Shown here one piece after another: positions 37,956 through 46,507 of a stretch of 64,000 bases of DNA (within the stretch, counting starts at the first letter, position 1; the number at the start of each line of letters is the position of its first letter). The notes below the pieces were generated by a model. The model was not told where the DNA came from. It ran no database searches and worked only from the letters and a program-made list of their open reading frames with translations. Both the position numbers and the translations under genes were made by a program. Origin of the DNA: a virus; IMG/VR virus record IMGVR_UViG_3300008117_000025, positions 96,001-160,000 of that record; one strand, written 5' to 3'.

Positions 37956-38630
37956 TTACTTAGCTAACAACGTATAAACTAATCCACCAATAACAACACC
38001 AGTTCCTATCTTAACAAATTTATTTTGGATTTTGAGTTTCTTATTTTGTAATTGAATTTGTTTATATTGGTCTTTCCAATCAGCAATTTGTGTATCTTTG
38101 ATAGTAATGATACCTTTGTAGTTATTTTCTTTGCCTTTAAATTCATCAATAATTTTATCTCTAAGGATAACTTTATCTTCAGTTAAAGCAATAACACTAT
38201 CTTTAACAACTATAATTTGTTTAGCACCATCTAATTCAACTAAATCTTTAGCGGCACTAACTAATACTGGTTGTGCTACTGGGAGTGGATTAGTAACTGT
38301 ATCTTCTGGGTAGCGTTGATTGAATGAGGAGATAAGTTCTGCTTCAGAATAAGTGTCAATTTTCTTTTTAGATGAATCAACCCATTTAGTAACAGTAATT
38401 ACTTTTTCTTTTTGATTACTTAATTGATAATCCAATTCTAAGCTTTGAACATATAATTCATCAATAACAGAATCTCTTTTATCAATATCTACTTCTAAAG
38501 AATCAACAACATGAGTTAAACTATCTTGTTTTGCTACAAATTCTTTTGATAATCCATCAAATTGGCATTTATCAACAAATACCCAAAACAATAAAGCTAC
38601 AACTGCAAGAGGGAAAACTAATTTTTTCAT
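37956..38630 (-). CDS. Membrane-anchored coiled-coil protein (spanin-like possible)
   Basis: Hydrophobic N-terminus, long coiled coil, hydrophobic C-terminus. Confidence 0.6.
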   Translation of the reverse strand: MKKLVFPLAVVALLFWVFVDKCQFDGLSKEFVAKQDSLTHVVDSLEVDIDKRDSVIDELYVQSLELDYQLSNQKEKVITVTKWVDSSKKKIDTYSEAELISSFNQRYPEDTVTNPLPVAQPVLVSAAKDLVELDGAKQIIVVKDSVIALTEDKVILRDKIIDEFKGKENNYKGIITIKDTQIADWKDQYKQIQLQNKKLKIQNKFVKIGTGVVIGGLVYTLLAK

Positions 38631-38633
38631 ATA

Positions 38634-39587
38634 TTATTTTTTAATACCAGCGTAATATTGCATTCTACCTTTCATCCATTCATCTAATGTTTCTTCTTCT
38701 TCAGGCTCAGCTGCTGGTTTTTCAATTGGTTTACCTGTAATTTTAGATTGGCGTCTTTGTAAATATTCAGAGTTAGCTAATAGATCATTCATTTTCTTTT
38801 GTAATCTATCTTTCAATCCACGAAGATTTTCAATTTCAGAAGATGGTTCATCTGTAATATCACTAATATCTCTTCTAGAACGTTTAGTTTTTAAAATATC
38901 GCTTTTAACTTTAGCTAAACGACCTTCAAGATCAGTATATTGCATAAATGCTTCATAATCGTCATCTGACATTGAAGCAGCAGATATATCAGCAGTTTCA
39001 ATTTCACCTGCTTCAGGCTCTTCATCACCACTACCCATTGCTTTAGCAAATGATGCTTCGATTTCTTCATCACTCATATCACCTGCTAAACCACCCTCTG
39101 GTCCTTCTTCACCTGCTGGTACTTCTTCACCTGCTGGTTCAGTCGTAGGACGATTAAGGCGTGGAGCTGCTTGGGTACCTGATGGGATAATAACGCCATC
39201 AGCTACAAGTGCCATAAAATCAGCATTAATTGGATTTTGTTTATCATATCCTAAAGCACCAGCTACATCCATTTTAGACATTGGTTCTTCAGTAGCTTGC
39301 ATTGCTGATACAATTCTTGCTTTTTTACCTGCAAAATCAGCAGCAGCTGCATCCGGAGCTAGTTCATAGCGTACGGCTACGTTTGCTAATTCATCAATAG
39401 CATCTTCTGTAATTTCTTCTCTACCTGAAGATATATCACCTTTTTTAAGTTGCAATGCTTTAATTTTAGCATCAATTGCTTTCATTTCAGCATCTTTTGC
39501 TGATTTTTCAGCTGGGGAAATGTCGGCTTCATTTATTACTTCTTGTATGGCTTTACGTACAAGTTCTTGTAAATCTTTTCTATTCAT
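38634..39587 (-). CDS. Acidic putative head-internal protein; likely start 39587
   Basis: LQELVRKAIQEVINE leader; C-terminal RMQYYAGIKK. Confidence 0.7.
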   Translation of the reverse strand: MNRKDLQELVRKAIQEVINEADISPAEKSAKDAEMKAIDAKIKALQLKKGDISSGREEITEDAIDELANVAVRYELAPDAAAADFAGKKARIVSAMQATEEPMSKMDVAGALGYDKQNPINADFMALVADGVIIPSGTQAAPRLNRPTTEPAGEEVPAGEEGPEGGLAGDMSDEEIEASFAKAMGSGDEEPEAGEIETADISAASMSDDDYEAFMQYTDLEGRLAKVKSDILKTKRSRRDISDITDEPSSEIENLRGLKDRLQKKMNDLLANSEYLQRRQSKITGKPIEKPAAEPEEEETLDEWMKGRMQYYAGIKK

Positions 39588-39604
39588 GTTTTGGTCGTTA
39601 TACA

Positions 39605-39612
39605 TATAAATA
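39605..39612 (-). promoter_or_regulatory. Putative late-promoter motif TATTTATA
   Basis: Abuts the upstream TAA. Confidence 0.5.
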
Positions 39613-40131
39613 TTAAATATTTTGTAAAATTATAGCGATACGTTCCTCAGTTGTACCCTCTACCTTAATTAACTTATTAGGTTTATATTCTTCTAATGCC
39701 ATTTGAATAGCAGTATCTATTTTTGATCTATATTCTAAATTAGTTTCACGAATACCATTATCTTCTATATCAACACCATTGGGTGATACATAAATAACCA
39801 TATCATAATAATCTTTAAGATGCATAGCAGCCTCAACAAATGCACGTTTTTCGAAATCACTAATTGATTTTGCTGATAGAGTAAATGAGCAGACATCCCA
39901 AATTGTTCTATCAGTAATAATATTATCGTATAGCAATTCAGTAGAACGTTCAGCTAGAAATACAAATTGACCACGCAGTGTAGAATCAGTATTAAGTGGA
40001 ATACCTAAATCACGCAAATATTTACTACGTTCAGTTTGTACACTATGATCTTTAAATTGATCTAGTTCACCTAATGCTTTTGCTAATGTAGTTTTACCTA
40101 CAGACATTGTACCAGCTAATCCTATTCTCAT
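39613..40131 (-). CDS. P-loop nucleotide kinase (AAA_28/NadR-like or dNMP kinase)
   Basis: GTMSVGKTT Walker A; ITDRTIWD; EDNGIR. Confidence 0.8.
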   Translation of the reverse strand: MRIGLAGTMSVGKTTLAKALGELDQFKDHSVQTERSKYLRDLGIPLNTDSTLRGQFVFLAERSTELLYDNIITDRTIWDVCSFTLSAKSISDFEKRAFVEAAMHLKDYYDMVIYVSPNGVDIEDNGIRETNLEYRSKIDTAIQMALEEYKPNKLIKVEGTTEERIAIILQNI

Positions 40132-40346
40132 TTTTTATTATTAATTTTTTTCATTTGACGTGCTGTCTTTTTAATTTGTTTAGCTTCCTTAGCACGTGCT
40201 TTAATCGCTTTATCTGCTCCTGCTTTATATTTAATATCTACAGAAATAGGACCTTTGTCGAATTTATCTAAATCAAAAGTCCATGTTTCTATAGTTTCTT
40301 CATCTTCATATACACGAGTAAACTTTCTTTCCTTTACTTCTTTCAT
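40128..40346 (-). CDS. Hypothetical protein, 72 aa
   Basis: ORF track; ATGA overlap with the kinase. Confidence 0.7.
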   Translation of the reverse strand: MKEVKERKFTRVYEDEETIETWTFDLDKFDKGPISVDIKYKAGADKAIKARAKEAKQIKKTARQMKKINNKK

Positions 40347-40373
40347 GTTATAAAGATATAATATTAATTTTGC

Positions 40374-40610
40374 TTAAACCCTAGCACCTGCAGATTTACC
40401 AGCTGCTGTTTTATACCAAGGTTGTCCATTAACATCTTTTTTCTTTTCTTCCCATTGTTCCTTAGTATGTTTAATACCAAATAAATAATATTCAGAGGCA
40501 CGTTTATTACCTTGTGGAATATAAGCAGGTCCATCCCAATTATGCATTTTACCGTCTAGATAGTAAACAATACTACCATCTGCTGTTTTCATTTTTCTTA
40601 CTTCTGACAT
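40374..40610 (-). CDS. Small protein with an LHxxDGPA-type repeat unit
   Basis: GKMHNWDGPAYIP...EYYLFG. Confidence 0.7.
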   Translation of the reverse strand: MSEVRKMKTADGSIVYYLDGKMHNWDGPAYIPQGNKRASEYYLFGIKHTKEQWEEKKKDVNGQPWYKTAAGKSAGARV

Positions 40611-40617
40611 GTTTGTT

Positions 40618-42069
40618 TTATTTTAAAAGTGATTCTGCAACATAAATACCATGTGCACCGGAAACTGTAATACCACGAGCTGATAAGGCATCGCCTACAA
40701 AGTGTACATTTGGGTATTCTGTAAGTGATAAATTATGATAATTAACAAGTGGTTCAGGTGATAGATATTTTACCTCAGGAATATACATCCCCCAATCATT
40801 ACCAAATTTAAATACTTTATTCATATCAAAAATAAAATCAGTAATATATTTAAAGTATCCTTGGAATTCTTTTTCTACATCTTTCAATCCAATTTCATCA
40901 ATTTGGGCTGTATTGATAGGTGTTCCTTCTGATGTATTGGATGGATTGCGTGTACCTTTAGGTGAAAAATATAAACCGGTATTATTAGGTTTTGTTTGTA
41001 ATTTATTTACTAGATCGCGTGACCATTTAAATGGATCTTCAATACCTTTAATTTCCATTAAGATACCAAAATTAGTCATTTTATTTTCAAATTCCTTACC
41101 TTTTTTGGCGTGACCATTATAACTTACATCCCCATATGTTTCCTCAACTGCCACATAAGCAGCGTTATTATTCGTACAAAAAGAACGAAGGGATACATTA
41201 TCGAATTTTTGATAGAGTTTAAAGTCATAGCTTACATCGATTAATTTCTGGAAGTATTTTTGTGGTGCCTCAAAACGAACTCCAATTTGTACTGATTTAG
41301 GTTCGTTAGGTAGTTTATATTGATCTGATAGTGCTTGGGCAAAATCAATACCTGATTTACCCACAGCGAATATAAGGGTATCATATTCAATATTAAACAA
41401 TATTTCGGGATGTTCTGAGTAATATAATAGATTTTTATCTTCAAAATGGATATTGCTAACAGTAGCATTCCATGTAAAATTAACACCACTATCACCTAAA
41501 TATGAATACCATGCTTTAGCAATCTCATGTAAGAAATTAGATCCAATGTGCCATACAGGAAACATTCTCAAACCAAAGTATGGTTTGATAAATTCAGGTT
41601 CCTCTTGTGGATCAGACATAAATATTTCTTCTGGTTTAGGGTGGAAACGAGTAAAGTTATCTACTACTTGTTTCATTAATTCCATAGCTTTTTCTTCACC
41701 ACAGTATTTAGATAATTGACCACCAATTGCTGTGTGGTAAGTTAATTTACCATCAGACCAACCACCGGCACCAAGCATGCCAGTCATTACTTCTTCAGGT
41801 AAACGGCTATGTGGATCATTACCTTTATCAATAATAGTGATTAGTTCACCAGGATAGCCATTATCTACTAATTTAGTAGCAGCATTAATACCAGCTACAC
41901 CGGCACCTACAATTACAATTTTCTTATATGTTAGTATTTCTTTTACAGGTGGTGGCGTTTCTTCTATTGGAGATGGAGGAATAATAGCTGTTTTAATTCT
42001 GCTCTCAGCAGGAACAGCACTGTTAACCATATTATTCCATCCTCTAATTGCGTTTTGATGATTTCTCAT
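40618..42069 (-). CDS. FAD-dependent oxidoreductase (COG2509-like)
   Basis: IVIVGAGVAG, GMLGAGGWSDGKL, VRFEAP, RSFCTN, HFVGD. Confidence 0.85.
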   Translation of the reverse strand: MRNHQNAIRGWNNMVNSAVPAESRIKTAIIPPSPIEETPPPVKEILTYKKIVIVGAGVAGINAATKLVDNGYPGELITIIDKGNDPHSRLPEEVMTGMLGAGGWSDGKLTYHTAIGGQLSKYCGEEKAMELMKQVVDNFTRFHPKPEEIFMSDPQEEPEFIKPYFGLRMFPVWHIGSNFLHEIAKAWYSYLGDSGVNFTWNATVSNIHFEDKNLLYYSEHPEILFNIEYDTLIFAVGKSGIDFAQALSDQYKLPNEPKSVQIGVRFEAPQKYFQKLIDVSYDFKLYQKFDNVSLRSFCTNNNAAYVAVEETYGDVSYNGHAKKGKEFENKMTNFGILMEIKGIEDPFKWSRDLVNKLQTKPNNTGLYFSPKGTRNPSNTSEGTPINTAQIDEIGLKDVEKEFQGYFKYITDFIFDMNKVFKFGNDWGMYIPEVKYLSPEPLVNYHNLSLTEYPNVHFVGDALSARGITVSGAHGIYVAESLLK

Positions 42070-42539
42070 ATATTAATCCAATTTGGTTTGTTGTTTAATT
42101 TGTTCCAAGATAAGTTCTTTATTTTGACTTTATCTTCTATATAAAATTTTTTATAAGCAGAAATAGTATCTTCACCTTTAAATTGATCAGGCATACATTG
42201 TGGGGGCGGAGTAAATCCATTATCTGGAATAGAAGGTTCATTTAATTTACACCATTCAAGTACATCTTGTGTTTTATGGCGTTTACCATAGCGTTTAATA
42301 AATTCACTACAAATTTCCAAACCATGTTCTACTAACCAACGATAATGTTGAATTGATTCACGTACCCATTTAGTTGATGGGTGGTTGAAATGGGCTTTTT
42401 TGTATGGAGCTTCTTTACCAATAGCCCAATGTGTAGTACAACACATTTGTGCTGATTCAATTTGCATTTTGCGGATGTGGTCATCAGCAAGCTCTTGTGC
42501 TGCTGTGATTGGATCGGTATTAATGTAAAATATATTCAT
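42066..42539 (-). CDS. Pyrimidine-dimer DNA glycosylase-like protein
   Basis: MNIFY...AAQ..D.H..KM.IESAQM, YKKAHFNHPSTKWVRES, PPQCMPD. Confidence 0.8.
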   Translation of the reverse strand: MNIFYINTDPITAAQELADDHIRKMQIESAQMCCTTHWAIGKEAPYKKAHFNHPSTKWVRESIQHYRWLVEHGLEICSEFIKRYGKRHKTQDVLEWCKLNEPSIPDNGFTPPPQCMPDQFKGEDTISAYKKFYIEDKVKIKNLSWNKLNNKPNWINI

Positions 42540-42543
42540 ACTA

Positions 42544-42574
42544 TAAAGGTATAAAATTTATTTTGACTTACAAA
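42544..42574 (-). promoter_or_regulatory. Putative Bacteroidota sigma70-type promoter
   Basis: Minus strand TTTG-N19-TACCTTTA, directly after a terminator. Confidence 0.55.
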
Positions 42575-42581
42575 TAGAGAA

Positions 42582-42602
42582 AGCCCACCTTTAGGGTGGG
42601 CT
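42582..42602 (-). terminator. Intrinsic terminator hairpin
   Basis: AGCCCACC-CTAAA-GGTGGGCT followed by TTCTCTATTT. Confidence 0.7.
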
Positions 42603-42657
42603 ACAGCTCCAATATTTTTGTCTCTTACGAGCGAACAGGCTATAAATCTGTTCTATC

Positions 42658-43821
42658 TTATTGTAAAGCAGGAGCATTGTTATAGTCAATGACTAGTGTT
42701 TTTCCTCCTCTTTTAGATTCAAATTTAGCTTGTTTATAAGGTATTGTTCTAAAATCTATACCATATTTTTGATTTTCATGGCGAGCTAACCATATAATTG
42801 GTTTATCTTCTTCAGTTAAATCATTTATATTATCTATATTTCTTGTAGTACTAATATTTAATATTCCATCTTGTAAATTAAAATCACCCTTAGAAAAAGA
42901 ACGTTGTACTATTTTTGCATCTTCAGATCCAAAAGCAATTTGTTTTACAATTTTTTCATCATTTAGAGGTGGATAATTTTTTATTAATACCACTCCATAC
43001 CTTTTATCATCCCTAGGATCAATCATATCTAAAACGTATGATTGAAAAGGATTTTCTTTAAGTATTAGATTATCAATTTTTCCTGCTTTGCCTTGTTCAA
43101 CAAATTTATTAAGCAAATCTGAAAATTGTTGTCTTTCGCTACTCCACCAATAAATTCCATCTTTTTTAACTGAGATACTTTGGTTTTGGGATGTGCTGTA
43201 TAGCATTACATCTCCTTTCATTCCTAATTTTTTACCTTTATAACCTATATTTTCAGCCTTTTTTACACCTTCTACTATAATTTCAGGACCTTCTTTAGCT
43301 ATAAACTTAATAGTAAGAGGATTATTATCATTTTGTTCAATATAGTTATTAATAACATTTACTAATTCAGTTTCATTTGATACTCCTCTTCCTCCACCTT
43401 CTTGTCCTCCTAAATCAGCCGATTTATATATAGCATTTATACTTAATGCAGTTTCCTGTCCATTTAGTTTGCCTACTAATTTTATATCGCGAGCAGAAGC
43501 AGCATCTCTAAAAGCACCAACTAAATTGGATTTTTCTTCTTTATTTTCTGCTTTAAAAATTTCATCACCTACAGCAACATAATCAATAATAAATTCATCT
43601 TCACCTTTTACTCCTATTCTAAAAGGCTTACTATCGTAAAATTTATTTGAAAACTGATCAGGACGTTTTTTAATTGATTTTAACGATAGCATAGCTTCTT
43701 CTAATTCATGTTCTTGAATTATTTCCTGTAAGAGAGACAGTTTAATAGGATCGTTTAAATCAACAATCCCATCGTGGCAACGAAATGACCACTCATTTAA
43801 TATTTTGTCTATAACTTCCAT
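42658..43821 (-). CDS. Hypothetical protein, possible PD-(D/E)XK fold; likely start MEVIDKILNE at 43821
   Basis: NETELVN...KGDVML...ISVKK pattern; the ORF-track N-extension overlaps the upstream gene. Confidence 0.65.
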   Translation of the reverse strand: MEVIDKILNEWSFRCHDGIVDLNDPIKLSLLQEIIQEHELEEAMLSLKSIKKRPDQFSNKFYDSKPFRIGVKGEDEFIIDYVAVGDEIFKAENKEEKSNLVGAFRDAASARDIKLVGKLNGQETALSINAIYKSADLGGQEGGGRGVSNETELVNVINNYIEQNDNNPLTIKFIAKEGPEIIVEGVKKAENIGYKGKKLGMKGDVMLYSTSQNQSISVKKDGIYWWSSERQQFSDLLNKFVEQGKAGKIDNLILKENPFQSYVLDMIDPRDDKRYGVVLIKNYPPLNDEKIVKQIAFGSEDAKIVQRSFSKGDFNLQDGILNISTTRNIDNINDLTEEDKPIIWLARHENQKYGIDFRTIPYKQAKFESKRGGKTLVIDYNNAPALQ

Positions 43822-43822
43822 A

Positions 43823-44353
43823 TTATGCTTCTGCTGGTGGTGGAGTTTCTTCGGCTGGCGCTTCAGGAGCTGGTTCTTCAGCTGGAGGTGTAGTTTCTGG
43901 AGCGCCTGCGGCTGCTGTAAATGCTTCAGCACCAGCATCAGCTTTAGGTGCTTCACCGCCACCTTCTTCTTTATCACCAACAGCATAATTTAATTCTAAT
44001 AAATCAGCTATTCCTTGTTGTGCTCTTTCTAATTCACCTAATTGTTGCATATTATATCTCTTACCAGCTACTTTTGCTGTGTAATTTTTCTTGCCGTCAT
44101 ACACAATTGTGAATTCTTGTTCGTTAATTAATTTGAGGTTGAATGTAGTTGGTTTTGGAGCAACTAAATTAACTTCAGTAATAAAACGACCAAATGATGG
44201 AGACATTAAGTCTTCTACAATCTTTTTTAAACCAGGAAAACGATATATTAAATACATAGATTTAGCAGCACGTTGCTCTCTTGCTTCTTGTTCTGCTAGA
44301 GCTTTACGCACTGCCACTTTAATATATTTCTCTAATAATATTTTTTTACTCAC
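43823..44353 (-). CDS. Hypothetical head-associated protein
   Basis: [12 protein letters not shown] leader; acidic Pro/Ala tail. Confidence 0.75.
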   Translation of the reverse strand: MSKKILLEKYIKVAVRKALAEQEAREQRAAKSMYLIYRFPGLKKIVEDLMSPSFGRFITEVNLVAPKPTTFNLKLINEQEFTIVYDGKKNYTAKVAGKRYNMQQLGELERAQQGIADLLELNYAVGDKEEGGGEAPKADAGAEAFTAAAGAPETTPPAEEPAPEAPAEETPPPAEA

Positions 44354-44717
44354 TATCTGAATTTTGGCTATATTGGATTTCTTCCTCAGTTAGATATTCA
44401 GCTATACTATGCATATAATCTGAAGCTAAGGTAATATATGCTGATACCCATCCAGGCAATTGTTGGTTGGGTTCAATTAATTGATATATTTTAGCAGCAT
44501 TATTAACCATATCTCTTAATTCACTTTTAGCCATTGTAGCTTCGTGATCTTGAGTTGGAGGCCAACTTAAGTGGCCTTCTCTCATCTTTTTAGCTATTGC
44601 TTGACGGCGCTTTAAAAGATATTTATCTGTCTTATCCTGTTTTCCATCATTGTTGATGTCGGCATCTTCTTTGCCCACAGGATCAAGATTTTCTAATAAA
44701 TCAATGAGTTTAATCAT
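44346..44717 (-). CDS. Hypothetical protein with MIKLIDLLE leader and EF-hand-like [11 protein letters not shown] loop
   Basis: Visible in the translation. Confidence 0.75.
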   Translation of the reverse strand: MIKLIDLLENLDPVGKEDADINNDGKQDKTDKYLLKRRQAIAKKMREGHLSWPPTQDHEATMAKSELRDMVNNAAKIYQLIEPNQQLPGWVSAYITLASDYMHSIAEYLTEEEIQYSQNSDSE

Positions 44718-44718
44718 T

Positions 44719-45210
44719 TTATTTATCTTTTTTAGCAGGTGCTTTTTTAGCTACAGGCTTTTCTTCTTTAGGCTCTTCTTTCTTTTCGTCTTTTTTAGGC
44801 TCTTCTTTTTTATCAGCTTTTTTATCGTCTTTTTTACCAACAGCTGGTTTTTTAGCTTTTTCGATAAGACCCATCATTTCTTTAATCTTTTCAGTTTCAG
44901 AAGAAACTTTACCTTCAACTTCAGAAATTTGGTTGTCAAGCATTTCAGCTAATTTAGCATGAGCAGACTTAATCTTTTCTAATTCGTTTACAAACTTTTG
45001 CATATGAGCATATTCAGCTACGAATCCTGGTGCGGATTCGCCACCTTCAGCAATTTGGTATTGACCTAATGCTTCTCTCATACCTTTAAGGCTTTGTAAT
45101 TCTTTTTTAAGGTGTACTAATTTACCACCACTTTTTGGTAATCCACCTTTTTCTTCCATTGCTTCGGCAATTGCTTGGCGAACAACGCTACGTACTTCTG
45201 TGATATTCAT
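44719..45210 (-). CDS. Coiled-coil head-associated protein; likely start 45210
   Basis: [11 protein letters not shown] leader; Lys/Glu-rich tail. Confidence 0.75.
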   Translation of the reverse strand: MNITEVRSVVRQAIAEAMEEKGGLPKSGGKLVHLKKELQSLKGMREALGQYQIAEGGESAPGFVAEYAHMQKFVNELEKIKSAHAKLAEMLDNQISEVEGKVSSETEKIKEMMGLIEKAKKPAVGKKDDKKADKKEEPKKDEKKEEPKEEKPVAKKAPAKKDK

Positions 45211-45236
45211 GATTTTGTTTTTGTTGTGTTTATGTG

Positions 45237-45244
45237 TATAAATA
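45237..45244 (-). promoter_or_regulatory. Putative late-promoter motif TATTTATA
   Basis: Abuts the upstream TAA. Confidence 0.5.
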
Positions 45245-46261
45245 TTATAAAGTTTCATCTAGATCGGCTAATCCCGTGTCGTCTTTTCTTAAGTCACGTT
45301 CAATGTCACGCATTGTATCCATTGCCCATTTACGTTGTAATGGTTTTAATTCGCCATTGATTGCGTTTTCAATGAATGGAAAAAATTCATCGTCAATCAA
45401 TTTATATACTTCAGCAAAAAACAATTCACGAACGCGTGCATCATCTATATTCGATTCATTATATAAATCAGATATAGCATCATAAATAAATTTACCATAC
45501 TGTAAATCACGAGGCTCATTTGAGAGCTTGTCAACAGCCCCAACAATGGCTTGATTTTTTTCTTTATCGGCTCCAAAGCCTTCAGTTCCAACGATTTCAT
45601 ATAAACCTTTTACTATTTCATGTACTAACATTGGAAAGCAAATAGCACGAGCCTTGATTACAAATTGCTCGTTTTCTTCATCATATTCCATTTCACTTTC
45701 ACCACCTTGCATTTTTTGACCTTGAGCAAGCATTGCTAACATCATTGCAATTGCATTCTCATCATCATATATACCAAATGCTAATTTTAATATTTCACTA
45801 TATTTTTCAACCAATTCTGGACTGATTTGGTCAAGGTACTCTCTAAAGAGCATAAAGCCAAAAGCACCTCTAATAGAGGCACCTTGTGTAATACCGTTAA
45901 TAATACGGCGTTTTGCTTTTTCAGCTTCAAGAGGCATATTATCTAAACTTTCTTCACCACCTCCCATTCCCATGTTTAGATCTCCCATATCAACTATCTT
46001 AGCATCAATTTTGATGTTTGCATAATCAATAATTGGGTAAGCATCAGTTACCATTTGGGCAGCTACCATTTCAAGTTCATCGCGATATCCTTCTTCTGCT
46101 TGAATAATTTCACCTAATAATGCTTGTGAACGCACCATTGTTTGCATTAGATTTTTATCACCAAGCATTTGGCGTAATGATTCACCTGATTTACCTTTTA
46201 GGGCAGTCATTGTTTTAGGTGAAAATATCTTTTCGTAATCGACTTCTAATAAGCGGCTCAT
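45245..46261 (-). CDS. Hypothetical protein, 338 aa
   Basis: ORF track; coupled to the upstream gene. Confidence 0.8.
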   Translation of the reverse strand: MSRLLEVDYEKIFSPKTMTALKGKSGESLRQMLGDKNLMQTMVRSQALLGEIIQAEEGYRDELEMVAAQMVTDAYPIIDYANIKIDAKIVDMGDLNMGMGGGEESLDNMPLEAEKAKRRIINGITQGASIRGAFGFMLFREYLDQISPELVEKYSEILKLAFGIYDDENAIAMMLAMLAQGQKMQGGESEMEYDEENEQFVIKARAICFPMLVHEIVKGLYEIVGTEGFGADKEKNQAIVGAVDKLSNEPRDLQYGKFIYDAISDLYNESNIDDARVRELFFAEVYKLIDDEFFPFIENAINGELKPLQRKWAMDTMRDIERDLRKDDTGLADLDETL

Positions 46262-46506
46262 TATTTTTTAGATTTAAAGCGTGCTACAATTTTTTTAAGC
46301 ATTTCTTCTTCGTTCATTGCTTTAGGAGCAGGTTTAACTTCAGGATTACCTAATGGACGACGTGGTTTTGGTTTACCTGTATCTGGTTTACCTGGTGCTA
46401 CAGCTGGTCCAGGAGATGGTTTTGGTTTACTAGGTGCCGGAGCATTTTCGTTTAATACTCTATCAACGATCTCACGGATGATTTCTTTAAGTTTATTTTT
46501 GTTCAT
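46261..46506 (-). CDS. Small Pro/Lys-rich protein
   Basis: LKEIIREIVDRVLNE leader; PAPSKPKP core. Confidence 0.75.
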   Translation of the reverse strand: MNKNKLKEIIREIVDRVLNENAPAPSKPKPSPGPAVAPGKPDTGKPKPRRPLGNPEVKPAPKAMNEEEMLKKIVARFKSKK

Positions 46507-46507
46507 T

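Noticed and set aside
40351-40380. Fourth Bacteroidota-type promoter
   Set aside because: TATCTTTA resembles the -7 element but there is no TTTG at the expected spacing.
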